Numbered from the stretch's first letter, positions 1 to 9,587 are shown. The stretch is 64,000 nucleotides of DNA from an uncultured Acidobacteriota bacterium (GCA_963748295.1 CAVVIH010000005.1:459500-523499), one strand, 5' to 3'. Notes: a model not told the origin generated them from the sequence alone. Made by a program: numbers and translations.

Positions 1-546
1 GAAAATCGAGGACTTCCTTCCACTTGATGATGGTGATCGGATCGCGCTCCTCCTCGAAGAGCCGGCGCAGCGCAATCTGGTGCGCCCGATCCGCCTCGTT
101 CTCCAGACGATTGATCTCGACGGCCGGCGTGGAAATGCCGGTCTTCCGCTCGAGCGCCTTCATCGCGATCACGACCTGCTCGGCCGAGACCTTCACCAGC
201 CGCGCGAGCTCGCGCGCATCCGGGCGGACGTGCTCGATCTGATACAGCCGCACGACCGCCGCCGACGCATCGATCGCATCCATCACGTCGTCGAGCGATC
301 GCGCCAGCGAGTGAATGTCTTCGCGATCGAGCGGGGTGACGAACGTCCGGTGGAGCCGCTGGATGATCTCGTGGGTCAGGAAGTCGCACTTGTGCTCGAC
401 CTCCTTGATCTCATCGGCCTTGTCCCAGATCGGCTTGTCGGGCACGAGCATCTGCTCCAGCAGCCCCGCGCCACGTTGATCTGTTCGGCCAGCGCGACGA
501 AGTCGGCGAAGAATTTCTCCTCGCGCGGTATCAGTCTGAAAGCCAA
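1..546 (-). CDS. DUF47 / PhoU-like phosphate-transport regulator family protein; the 3' end runs off the window; one apparent frame slip
   Basis: Minus-strand translation from TTG 546 (GGAGG at 551-555) reads MAFRLIPREEKFFADFVALAEQINVARG. After a 1-nt slip at the C4 run 464-467 it continues LLEQMLVPDKPIWDKADEIKEVEHKCDFLTHEIIQRLHRTFVTPLDREDIHSLARSLDDVMD... The EKFF start and LDREDI motif are typical of DUF47. It is missing from the ORF track because of the slip. Confidence 0.6.
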
Positions 547-587
547 ACGTCCTCCAAAGGATGAGAATCTTAGCAGATTCCCATCAC

Positions 588-616
588 ATTTAACGGTACC
601 GTTACTTTGACGTTAC
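588..616 (-). promoter_or_regulatory. Candidate Pho box: three 11-bp-phased heptamers GTAACGT-N4-GTAACGG-N4-GTTAAAT
   Basis: Read on the minus strand, the heptamers run 616->610, 605->599 and 594->588. The array ends 42 nt upstream of the DUF47 TTG start. It is the same motif family as the sites at 4598, 4667, 9517, 19668 and 22855. Confidence 0.45.
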
Positions 617-627
617 AAACTGGGGAC

Positions 628-664
628 AAAAAAACGGGACAGTCGCAATGAAAGCGACTGTCCC
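628..664 (-). terminator. Rho-independent terminator downstream of the TonB-dependent receptor gene
   Basis: Perfect 11-bp stem GGGACAGTCGC (636-646) / GCGACTGTCCC (654-664) with a 7-nt loop. On the minus strand it is followed by T7 (A7 at 628-634 on the plus strand). It lies 19 nt after the TAA stop at 683-685. Confidence 0.8.
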
Positions 665-682
665 GTAGAGCGCGCCGCGCGA

Positions 683-3600
683 TTAGAAGCGCAGGTTGAA
701 TCCGAACTGCATCACGCGAGGGCCGCCGACCGTTGCGGTGATCTTCCCGAAGTCGGTGCCCGCTTCGCCGATGACGTTTTCCGGCAGCGCGTAGTTGACG
801 GTGTTGAAGACGTTGAACACGTCCCAGCGCAGTTCGACGATCGACTGTGTCCCGCGATCCGGAAGGTCCGTGCGAGGCTCAGATCCACGCGCCGCTGCCA
901 GAATCCGCGCAGCACGTTACGGCCGAGGTTGCCGAATCCCTGATTGCCGGGATAGCCACCGGCGACGATGCTGGCCGAGCAGAGCACGGCCCGATTGAAC
1001 GCCGCCTCGGTCGGATCGCTACCGGCCTGCTGGAGGTCGTCGAGCGAGCCGCACAGGCTCGGACGGCCGAACGCCGCGCGGTAGAGCCCGCCCGAGCCGC
1101 GCACGAGATTGTTGTACTGCGCCGCGGTCTGGAGTTCCGGCTCCGCCGAGTAGATCGAGTACGGCAGGCCGGACTGCAGCTGGACGAAGCCCGAGAGCCG
1201 GAAGCCGCTGCAGAACGCCGGCAGCTCGTAGATGAAGCTCGTGCTCAACCGATGCGGCCGGTCGAAATCCGACAGCGCGTAGTTCGCGTCCAGGATCGCG
1301 CTGGTTGCCCTGCACCGCGAAGCCCACGTTCGGCACGTCCGGCTTGCCGCCGCCCGCGGTGCTGCCTGGATCGGCCGAGCTCGTGTCCTTCGAACGCGAG
1401 TAGGTGTACGAGACGTTGAACTGCAGGCCGTGCTGACATCCGCCGCAGGAAGTTCACCTGGAGCGAGTTGTAGAGCGAGCGACCCGTATTGGCGAGCAGC
1501 ACCGCCTCGGGAATATTGAACCCGAGAATCGGCGCCCGCGCTTCGAAGCGAATCACGGCGCCGCCGGCGTTCGCCAGGTTCAGATCCACCAACCCGCCGA
1601 GCGCGGCATTGGGGAACCCAAACGCGCGGCCGATTCCGCGCTCGCGCGCGGTGGCACCCCGCGTTGAGCGCGCCGTTCGGGCTGCCGGCGGCGACATACG
1701 CCTGGTTGAAACGCTCGAAGATGTGGTCCGGCACGTCCGGCGCGTTCAGGTCGTAGCCCTGGTTGAATGCCCGCGCCTCGAGCAGCTTCGTGCCCCTTGG
1801 CTGCCCACGTACCGCACTTCAAGCGACCATGTTGTGGCCGAGCTCGCGCTGCACGCCGAAGTTGTACTGCTGGATCCACGGCGCCTGGAGGTCGCGATCG
1901 ATGGCGCGGAACTCGAAGGTCTCGGCGACGTTGCCGCGGGTCGGCGGCCCGGTCGCCGGGTCGATGGGGTTGATGGTCCCATCGGCGCCGCGCGTCACCT
2001 GCGTGTTGTCGCGGATCTCGTACGTCCCGTTCGCCCCAGCCGTGCGCACGATCCGGTTCGGCAGGTACTGCGTTGAACGGGAATAGTTCGGATCCTGCTG
2101 CGAGAACGCGCTGCACGATCGGCACCGCGCGGCTCGGGGCCGTCACTTCGACTTCACGCAGGAACGGATAGTTCGAGAACACGGTATTGATGAACGCCGC
2201 CGACGGCCGGTCGAAGAAGATGCCGTAGCCGCCGCGGACGACCCACTTGCCGTCGGCGTCCGGCGTCCAGGCAAAGCCCGACGCGCGGTGCGACGTTGTT
2301 CCAGTCGTTCCCCTTCAGCGTGTGATTGTTGTCCGCCCTGATCGGACGCGTCGATCGCGCTGTCGATGGCGGCGAAGCCGGTCGTGCCTGACGTTCTTCG
2401 GCACGATGAACGCGGTCGCCGGATTCTCGGTGTTGGTGATCGCCTCGAAGTCGACGTTGCCGATGCGGCCATCGAGCTCCATCGGCCAGCCGAAGAACTC
2501 GTAGCGCACGCCGGCGTTGACCGTGAGCTTGCGGCCGACCTGCCAGTCGTCGGCCAGGAACAGGCTGAAGTCGTTGAAGCGGAACCGCTTGTCGGTCACG
2601 CCGAACTGCGTGTCGGCCTCGCGCGCCAGGCCGCGCAGCAGCATGCGTGAAGTTCTCGAACTTCTCGAACTCGGTCGCCTGCTCCTCGGGAAGGTTCGTG
2701 TCGAACTCGTTGCGGCGGTACTCGCCGCCCATCCGCAGCGGCGTGCGACCCGCGCGTCCAGCTCAGCGTGTCGCCGATCGTCCAGGTGCGCTGGCGGCGC
2801 TGATTGAACGAGTCGTTCGGCCCGCCAAACGAGAACCGCTCCATGATCGTGCCGGGCGCGCCGATGTAGTGGCCGAGGCGCCGCGTCGCCAGTCGACGTC
2901 ATCGAAGAAGGTCGCCGGATTCGGCACGCCGATCGACTGCGTTGGTCAGCGCGAGGAACGGATCGTCGAGCCGCCGGGTGTTATCGCAGGTAGAACACGC
3001 CGCCACGGATCTCGTTGACCTTGTTGCTCGCCGAGCACCCAGTTGTGCGACATGGCGGCCGTCGCGTTCCGGTCGGCGCGTCGAAGCGTAAACGGGAGGC
3101 CAGCGACGAGGGGTCGGGAAACGGATCCAAGCCTGGAAAGTCGGCGTAGAAGACCGTGCCGCTCAGCCGCTGGTTGTTCGTGAGCTGCGCGTCGAGCTTC
3201 GCCGTGTACTGGTCCTGCTCGAACTTCGCGGGGACGACGTTCCGCTGCCGCACGAGCGGGTTGCCGCCGACCGAGGAGCCGGCGACGCCGTCACGTCCGA
3301 CGACCGGCAGCCCGGCGCGCGGCGCCGGCAATGACGAAGTCGCCGGTGACCGGGTTGCGCAGGTTGAACAGACGACAGCGCGACGTCGGAGATGCACGCC
3401 GTGTCGGTCGGCACTGGTGCACTGCGCCTTCGGAATCGACGCGAGGATCCCGGGGTTCAGCGCGAGAACGCCTGCCAGAGATTCTCCTTCGTGCGGTCGC
3501 CCTGGATGAGACGCAAGCGCCTCCGGCAGTACGGTGATGCTGCTGGCCGTCGGGACGAATCCGGTCTCGGCATCGGTGCGCTGGTAACCGCCGAAGAAGA

Positions 3601-4517
3601 ACATGCGGTTGCGCCGAATCGGTCCGCCGATCGTCAGCCCGCCTTCGTTCCGCCGCGCTTTCGGCTTGTCGATGCCGTCCTTCTCGTAGAAGAAGTCGTT
3701 GCGAGTTGAAGTTCTCGTGCTGGACATTGAAGTGCAGCGCCGCCGCGGAGCTGATTCGTACCCGCTGCGCGTGATCAGCTGGAAGTTGCCGCCGCCCGAT
3801 CGGCCCGTGGACGCGTCGTACAGGCTGGTCTGCAGCTTGACCTCCTCGAGCATCTCGGGCGCGGGCGAAATGTTGTCGGACATCGATCCTTCGTTCGACG
3901 TGATGTTGGTCGCGTCGATGCCGTTGAAGAACAGGCTCGTGCTGGTCGTGCGCGTGCCGTTCACCGAAGGTGAGATGTTGCCGGTGCCGTTGATCAGGAC
4001 GGGCGGCAGGTCGGCGCTCACGCCCGCCTCGGCCGACAGCAGATGCGTGAAGCTGCGCGTCGAGGTCGGGACCTGCGTCAGCTCCTCGGCTGCGATCCGC
4101 CGGTATGTCGCTGCAGTGTTGGCCACGAGGATCGGTGCGTCGGCGCTGACCGTGACCTGCTCGGACAGCGTCCCCACTTCGAGCACCACCCGCAACTGGC
4201 GCGTGACGGCCGCTTCCACCTGAACGTCGCTGCGCGTGAGCTTCTTGAAACCGCTCAGCTCGAACGTGAGTTCGTATCGGCCCACAGGCAACGCGGCGAT
4301 GGTCCAGTCACCAGACGTGCCGGTCACGGTCGCTTGAGACAGACCGGTGTCGAGGTTCGTCGCGCGTACCGGTCGCGCCCGGGAGCACGCCGCCGCTCGG
4401 ATCGAGCACCGCTCCGGACAGTGATCCGGTGGCGCTGCTCTGCGCGACTGCCGCGATCGGCATCAACCCGATCAGCAACGCTGCCGCGCACAACCCTCTT
4501 CGAAACGTTTCACGCAT
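683..4517 (-). pseudogene. TonB-dependent receptor with an N-terminal carboxypeptidase-regulatory-like domain, broken by at least 10 frame slips
   Basis: The N-terminus is MRETFRRGLCAAALLIGLMPIAAVAQS (signal peptide), followed by GSLSGAVLDPSGGVLPGA and DWTIAALPVGRYELTFELSGFKK (CarboxypepD_reg-like). Plug/barrel motifs follow (NGTRTTSTSLFFNGIDATN, GGGNFQLITRSG, NDFFYEKDG). The C-terminus ends ...MQFGFNLRF with a terminal Phe. Recognisable segments are spread over all three minus frames (track ORFs 4308-4517, 2981-4327, 2596-2844, 2154-2732, 2315-2902, 2143-2472, 1580-2182, 1819-2049, 1746-1982, 1245-1697, 712-1734). Compensating slips also occur inside the long ORF near 3700-3770. Confidence 0.8.
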
Positions 4518-4597
4518 AGATCCTTTCCCCTCCTTGAACGCGCGAGCGCTGTAGTGATGACAACTGGTGAAGGCTATTGGCGGGGTGTGATCGGGAG

Positions 4598-4626
4598 ACT
4601 ACAGGTGCGTTACACGCGTGTTAACG
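4598..4626 (+). promoter_or_regulatory. Candidate Pho box (distal): ACTACAG-N4-GTTACAC-N4-GTTAACG
   Basis: Heptamers start at 4598, 4609 and 4620 with exact 11-bp phasing. They lie in the divergent region between the TonB receptor (start 4517) and pstS (start 4766). Confidence 0.5.
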
Positions 4627-4666
4627 CGGCGGAAGGCGGCAAAAGTTATTGAATCGTCACGCCGAG

Positions 4667-4706
4667 TTTACGCGATTGAAACATCCGCGTGACAAGCCTG
4701 AAACCT
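4667..4706 (+). promoter_or_regulatory. Candidate Pho box (proximal): TTTACGC-N4-GAAACAT-N4-GTGACAA-N4-GAAACCT
   Basis: Four heptamers at 4667, 4678, 4689 and 4700, each with AC at positions 4-5 and 11-bp phasing. The array ends 60 nt upstream of the pstS ATG, a position compatible with replacing a -35 element. Confidence 0.5.
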
Positions 4707-4765
4707 GCTCAGGACATCCTCCGGAAGGCGTGTTTCTTTCTCACGCCGCGCTTCAGGAGATGTGC

Positions 4766-5842
4766 ATGAGCTGTTACAAAGGCCTGTTGGTGCTAACCGC
4801 GGCGGTGGCTCTTTCCGCGTGCTCGGGAGATTCCAAGTCCGCTTCGAGCGGCACGGCGGCGGGCACGCCCGCGGGCGGCGGCGATATCGTTCAGATCAAC
4901 GGGATGGGCGCGACCTTCCCCAATCCGATCTACTCGAAGTGGTTCACGGAGTACAACCGGCTGCACCCGAACATCCAGATCAACTACCAATCGCAAGGGT
5001 CTGGAGCCGGGATCCGCGGTCTGACCAGCAAAACGGTGTTCTTCGGCGCCTCCGACCAGCCGATGAACGAGGAGCAACTGAAATCCGCCGGGGGCCCGGT
5101 GCTGCACCTGCCGACCGTCATGGGGGCCGTCGTGCCCGTCTACAACCTCCCGGGCGTCTCGCAGGAATTGAAGTTCAGCGGCCCGGTCCTCGCCGACGTC
5201 GTGCTCGGCAAAGTGACGAAGTGGAACGATCCCGCACTGGTGAAGCTCAACCAGGGGGTCAACCTGCCGGACACGCCGATCACGTTCGTTCACCGCTCAG
5301 ACGGGTCGGGCACGACGTTCATCTGGCTGGACTTCCTGGGGAAGGTCTCGCCAGCGCTCAAGCAGAAGGTCGGCGCCAATTCCTCCGTCAGCTGGCCGGT
5401 CGGCGTCGGCGGCAAGGGCAACGAAGGTGTCGCCGGCCTCGTGTCGCAGACGCCGGGCTCGCTCGGCTACGTCGAGCTGATTTACGCGCTGCAGAACAAG
5501 ATCGCCTACGGCGCGGTGCAGAACAGCGGCGGGGCGTTCGTCAAGCCAACCATCGAGTCGGTGACCGCGGCCGCGGAGGCGGCGGCGAGCAACATGCCGG
5601 AAGACTTCCGCGTGTCGATTACGAATCCTCCCGGCGCATCCTCCTATCCGATCGCGTCGTTCACCTGGATACTCATGTACGAGAACGCGGACGACAAGCA
5701 GAAGTCCAAGGTCATGGTCGATTTCATGAAGTGGGCGCTCACCGACGGGCAACAGCCCGCGCGTGAGATCGGGTATGCCCCCCTGCCCAAGAACGTGGTC
5801 GATCTGGAAATGAAAGCGCTCAGCAGGATTCAGGTGCAGTAG
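4766..5842 (+). CDS. pstS: Phosphate ABC transporter substrate-binding lipoprotein PstS
   Basis: Track ORF 4649-5842. I prefer the ATG at 4766 (GGAG at 4756-4759), giving MSCYKGLLVLTAAVALSACSG with an LSAC lipobox. PstS motifs are present: GATFPNPIYSKWF, YQSQGSGAGI, HRSDGSGTTF. Confidence 0.93.
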   Translation: MSCYKGLLVLTAAVALSACSGDSKSASSGTAAGTPAGGGDIVQINGMGATFPNPIYSKWFTEYNRLHPNIQINYQSQGSGAGIRGLTSKTVFFGASDQPMNEEQLKSAGGPVLHLPTVMGAVVPVYNLPGVSQELKFSGPVLADVVLGKVTKWNDPALVKLNQGVNLPDTPITFVHRSDGSGTTFIWLDFLGKVSPALKQKVGANSSVSWPVGVGGKGNEGVAGLVSQTPGSLGYVELIYALQNKIAYGAVQNSGGAFVKPTIESVTAAAEAAASNMPEDFRVSITNPPGASSYPIASFTWILMYENADDKQKSKVMVDFMKWALTDGQQPAREIGYAPLPKNVVDLEMKALSRIQVQ

Positions 5843-5860
5843 GACACGGAGGCGAACGAG

Positions 5861-6802
5861 TTGCGACGCGACGAACTGATCTTCCGCGGCGGGACGGGTG
5901 CGATTGCTCTGCTGCTGATCGTCGTGGTCGTGGCGATCGGCGGCGAGCTGGCGCGCCAGTCGATGCTGTCGATCGAGCATTTCGGGTGGCAGTTCTGGCA
6001 GACGGATGTGTGGGATCCGGTCGCCGGCCAGTTCGGCGCCCGCCCGTTCATCTGGGGCACGCTGTATTCATCGGTGCTCGCGCTCCTGATTGCCGCACCG
6101 ATTTCGCTCGGAATTGCCATCTACATCTCCGAATTGTGCCCGGCGTGGCTGCAGCGCCCGCTGGTGTTTCTCACCGAGCTGCTCGCCGCCATTCCCTCGA
6201 TCGTTTACGGGCTGTGGGGCATCTTCGTCCTGGTACCGTTCGTCCGGCAGCTCCAGATCGCGACGCCGGACTGGATGCGATCGATCCCGCTCTTCAGCGG
6301 GCCGCCGCTCGGCGTCGGCATGCTGTCCGCGGGACTGATCCTCGCGATCATGGTGATTCCGTTCAGCTCGTCGATCGCGCGCGAAGTGCTGCGGTCGGTG
6401 CCTCAGGCACAGCGTGAGGGCGCTTACGCGCTGGGGGCGACGCGGTGGGAAGCGATTCGCATGGCGCTTTTCTACGCGCGCACGGGGATCGTCGGCGCCG
6501 TCATGCTCGGCTTCGGCCGCGCGCTCGGCGAGACGATGGCGGTGACGATGGTGATCGGCAACAACCCGCAGATCAGCCTGTCGCTGTTTGCGCCGCAATA
6601 CACCATGGCCGCCGTGCTGGCGAACGAGTTCGCGGAGGCGGCCGAGGATCTCTACCTGCACGCGCTGGTCGAGATCGGCCTCGTGCTCTTCGTGATCACG
6701 CTGATCGTCAACGGCATTTCGCGGGCGTTCATCTGGTCGATGGGACGCCAGCGCCGGCCGCGCGCTTCGCGCGCCGCCTCCGCGGTAAGGGTTGGAGCCT
6801 GA
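5861..6802 (+). CDS. pstC: Phosphate ABC transporter permease PstC
   Basis: TTG start with GGAGG 8 nt upstream. It is a multi-TM protein with the PstC-type EAA loop (REGAYALGATRWE). Confidence 0.92.
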   Translation: MRRDELIFRGGTGAIALLLIVVVVAIGGELARQSMLSIEHFGWQFWQTDVWDPVAGQFGARPFIWGTLYSSVLALLIAAPISLGIAIYISELCPAWLQRPLVFLTELLAAIPSIVYGLWGIFVLVPFVRQLQIATPDWMRSIPLFSGPPLGVGMLSAGLILAIMVIPFSSSIAREVLRSVPQAQREGAYALGATRWEAIRMALFYARTGIVGAVMLGFGRALGETMAVTMVIGNNPQISLSLFAPQYTMAAVLANEFAEAAEDLYLHALVEIGLVLFVITLIVNGISRAFIWSMGRQRRPRASRAASAVRVGA

Positions 6803-7652
6803 CGTGCGGAATCAGATTCGCCGCTTCGTCTCGCACGCGGTGGTGGTCCTGTGCGGCCTGTCCGTCCTCCTCGCGCTGATCCCGCTCGCGCTCGTTCTGT
6901 TCTACGTGATCTCGCAGGGCGTGTCGTCGCTCAGCTGGGCGTTCTTCACAGAGATGCCGCGCCCTGTCGGCGAGGCCGGCGGCGGCATGGCGAACTCGAT
7001 CGCCGGCACGCTCATCGTCGTCGCCATCGGCGCGTTGTTCGCGATTCCGGTCGGCGTCGTCAGCGGGATCTACGCGGCTGAATACGCCGGCACCAGGCTC
7101 GCCGGCAGCGTCCGGTTCGCCGCAGATACCCTCAACGGCGTCCCGTCGATTGTCATCGGCGTGTTCGTGTATGGAATCGCCGTGCTCCCGTTCAGGCGCT
7201 TCTCAGCGCTCGCTGGCGGCCTGGCGTTGGGCGTCATGATGATTCCGCTCATCATGCGAACGACGGAAGAGCTGCTGCGCCTCGTGCCGACGACGTTGAA
7301 GGAGGGCGCGTTGGCGCTCGGCGCCACGCGCGGCCGCGCGGTCTTCTCGGTCGTGCTGCCGGCCGCCCTGCCCGGTATCGTGACCGGTGTCCTCCTGGCC
7401 CTCTCCAGGATCGCCGGGGAAACCGCGCCGCTGCTGTTCACTTCGTTCAACAACCGGTTCTTCACGACCGACGTCAGCCAACCCATCTCGACGCTGACCG
7501 TGCAGGTGTACACCTACGCCATTTCCCCCTATCAGGACTGGCACCGCCAGGCGTGGGCGGGCGCCCTCGTGCTGGTTCTCATCGTCTTCACCTGCTCGCT
7601 TCTCGCGCGTCTCGCCACCGCGAGAATGGAACGGCTGAGGCGAGGCGCCTGA
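6792..7652 (+). CDS. pstA: Phosphate ABC transporter permease PstA
   Basis: Contains the EAA loop LKEGALALGATRGRAVFSVVLP. An alternative GTG start at 6804 (GGAG 7 nt upstream) is equally plausible. No pstB follows it. Confidence 0.92.
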   Translation: MEPDVRNQIRRFVSHAVVVLCGLSVLLALIPLALVLFYVISQGVSSLSWAFFTEMPRPVGEAGGGMANSIAGTLIVVAIGALFAIPVGVVSGIYAAEYAGTRLAGSVRFAADTLNGVPSIVIGVFVYGIAVLPFRRFSALAGGLALGVMMIPLIMRTTEELLRLVPTTLKEGALALGATRGRAVFSVVLPAALPGIVTGVLLALSRIAGETAPLLFTSFNNRFFTTDVSQPISTLTVQVYTYAISPYQDWHRQAWAGALVLVLIVFTCSLLARLATARMERLRRGA

Positions 7653-7656
7653 CGGT

Positions 7657-8155
7657 TCAGGACTTCCCGATTTCCTTCAGCCGGTGCTGAAGCGCGAGGC
7701 CCGACAGCTTGTCGAGTGGCAGGCTGGCGAAGAGTTCTATGCGCCTTCGCAGAACCAGGAACGCCTCGCGGAAGGCTCTGCGCTTCTCCTCATCAGTGCC
7801 AGTCACCGCCGCCGGATCCGGCACGCCCCAGTGCGCGGTCATCGGCTGCCCGGGCCAGAAGGGGCACGTCTCGCCTGCCGCCTGATCGCAGACCGTGATC
7901 ACGAAGTCCAGCGGCGGGGCGCCAGGCTTCGCGAATTCGTTCCAGCTCTTGCTCTTCAATCCCGTCGTCGAAAGCTTCTGTCGCTGCAGCTCCGCGATCG
8001 CCAGCGGGTGCGGCTCTCCCTTCGGATGGCTGCCGGCGCTGAACGCGCGGAACTTGCCGCCGCCGATGGCCGGATGGTTCATCGCCGATTCCGCCAGGAT
8101 CGACCTGGCGGAATTCCCGGTGCAAACGAAGAGTACGTTGAATACGACGGGACAT
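7657..8155 (-). CDS. arsC: Arsenate reductase, LMW-PTPase (thioredoxin-coupled) type; frame slip at codon 2-3
   Basis: The reading frame gives PVVFNVLFVCTGNSARSILAESAMNHPAIGGGKFRAFSAGSHP...VITVCDQAAGETCPFWPG, with the CTGNSARS P-loop. The only start (ATG 8155) is 1 nt out of frame across the G3 run 8149-8151. The track therefore shows only 7657-8082. Confidence 0.8.
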
Positions 8156-8169
8156 GATGCCCTCCCGGC

Positions 8170-8991
8170 CTATGCCAGCAACGGCTTTCGCGCACGCACG
8201 AACGCGCTTGCGAACTTGCCTTCGACCGCCTCGCCGATCGCATCGACGTCGATGCCGGCGTCGCCGAGGAACTGCCGCGCGTCGTTGACGCCGTAAACCC
8301 GCCAGGGCTCGACCTCGATGCCTTCGAAGCCGGCGTCGTCGAGCAGCCTTTGGTACTCCTCCTCGTGCAGCGCGCCGGCGACGCAGCCGACCCACAGCTC
8401 CATGTTGCGCCGGACTTCCGCCGGCACCTCGCCGCGGACGACGACGTCCGACACCGCGAAGCGGCCGCCCGGCTTCAGCACGCGAAACGCCTCGCGAAGG
8501 ACCTGTCCTTTGTCCGCCGACAGGTTGATCACGCAGTTCGAGATGACGACGTCGATCGAGGCGTCGGGCAACGGGATGTTCTCGATCTCGCCTTTGAGAA
8601 ACTCGACGTTGGCGGCGCCCGCCTTCTGCTGATTCTCGCGTGCGAGCGCCAGCATCTCGTCGGTCATGTCGAGGCCATAGACTTTTCCCTCCGGGCCGAC
8701 GCGACGCGCCGACAGGAACACGTCGATGCCGCCGCCGCATCCGAGATCCAGCACGGTCTGCCCCGGCTCGAGGGCGATGAGCGCAGTCGGATTCCCGCAG
8801 CCGAGCGAGGCATCAACGGCTTCCTTCGGCAGCGCGTCGGTCTCGTCGCTGGCGTAGAGATCCGATGTGATCGGATCGGCGCACCCGCACGACGTCCCAC
8901 AACAGCCGCCCTTGTCCGCTCCCGATCTGGCGCGGCGCGCAGCCTCCCCATACTTCTGTTGAATCGTTTCCTTCAAACCCTGCTCACTCAT
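8170..8991 (-). CDS. arsM: Arsenite S-adenosylmethionine methyltransferase
   Basis: Has N-terminal Cys pairs ([10 protein letters not shown]), the SAM motif [12 protein letters not shown], and the GCGNP and VISNCVINL motifs typical of ArsM. Confidence 0.88.
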   Translation of the reverse strand: MSEQGLKETIQQKYGEAARRARSGADKGGCCGTSCGCADPITSDLYASDETDALPKEAVDASLGCGNPTALIALEPGQTVLDLGCGGGIDVFLSARRVGPEGKVYGLDMTDEMLALARENQQKAGAANVEFLKGEIENIPLPDASIDVVISNCVINLSADKGQVLREAFRVLKPGGRFAVSDVVVRGEVPAEVRRNMELWVGCVAGALHEEEYQRLLDDAGFEGIEVEPWRVYGVNDARQFLGDAGIDVDAIGEAVEGKFASAFVRARKPLLA

Positions 8992-9005
8992 GGCTGACTC
9001 CTTTG

Positions 9006-9031
9006 TATATATTCGCTATTGCGAATATATA
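9006..9031. promoter_or_regulatory. Candidate ArsR operator: perfect 11-bp inverted repeat TATATATTCGC-tatt-GCGAATATATA
   Basis: The arms 9006-9016 and 9021-9031 are exact reverse complements. The site lies in the 94-bp AT-rich divergent region between arsM and arsR. A second weaker inverted repeat, ATTATAT (9049-9055) / ATATAAT (9070-9076), lies nearby. Confidence 0.6.
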
Positions 9032-9085
9032 GAGCGTAGCCTGGCTGGATTATATCTGTCAATGACGAATATAATATGAGCCACA

Positions 9086-9490
9086 ATGGCTCCTGAAAAA
9101 GACCTGCTCTCGCTCGAAACCGTGCTCAAGGCCGTCGCCGACCGCACCCGGCTGCGGATCGTCCGGCTGCTGCTCGCGGGGGAGGTATGCGTCTGCGATA
9201 TCCACGAGAGCCTCGGCATCCCCCAGCCCAAGGCGTCGCGCCACCTGGCCTATCTGCGGCGAACGGGCCTGGTCGACGCCCGAAAGGATGGGCTTTGGGT
9301 GCACTACCGGCTGGCGCGCCTCGACGATCCGGTGCTGCAGGGCGTGCTGGACTCCGTCGCCCATGCCGTAGGACACCTGCGGACGCCGGCGCGTGACCTG
9401 CGGCGGCTGGCGAGGCGGATCGAGCTCACGCCCGCTGAGCCGGGGAACGAGTCCGGCTCCTGCTGCTCGCCCCTCCGCGAGGGTCGCTGA
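9086..9490 (+). CDS. arsR: ArsR/SmtB family metalloregulator
   Basis: Contains LKAVADRTRLRIVRLLLAGEVCVCDIHESLGIPQPKASRHLAYLRRTGLV: a wHTH with the CVC metalloid-binding motif. It is divergent from arsM-arsC. Confidence 0.88.
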   Translation: MAPEKDLLSLETVLKAVADRTRLRIVRLLLAGEVCVCDIHESLGIPQPKASRHLAYLRRTGLVDARKDGLWVHYRLARLDDPVLQGVLDSVAHAVGHLRTPARDLRRLARRIELTPAEPGNESGSCCSPLREGR

Positions 9491-9516
9491 CAGAATTCGC
9501 GTGGCGAGTCGCGTTC

Positions 9517-9556
9517 GTAACCCAGAATTAACCAGTGCGTCACCCCGCGGAAACCC
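9517..9556 (+). promoter_or_regulatory. Candidate Pho box / autoregulatory site: GTAACCC-N4-TTAACCA-N4-GTCACCC-N4-GAAACCC
   Basis: Four heptamers at 9517, 9528, 9539 and 9550 with exact 11-bp phasing. The array ends 31 nt upstream of the response-regulator ATG at 9588. Confidence 0.5.
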
Positions 9557-9587
9557 ATGACCGATAACCTCTTGTTCGGTTTACCTC

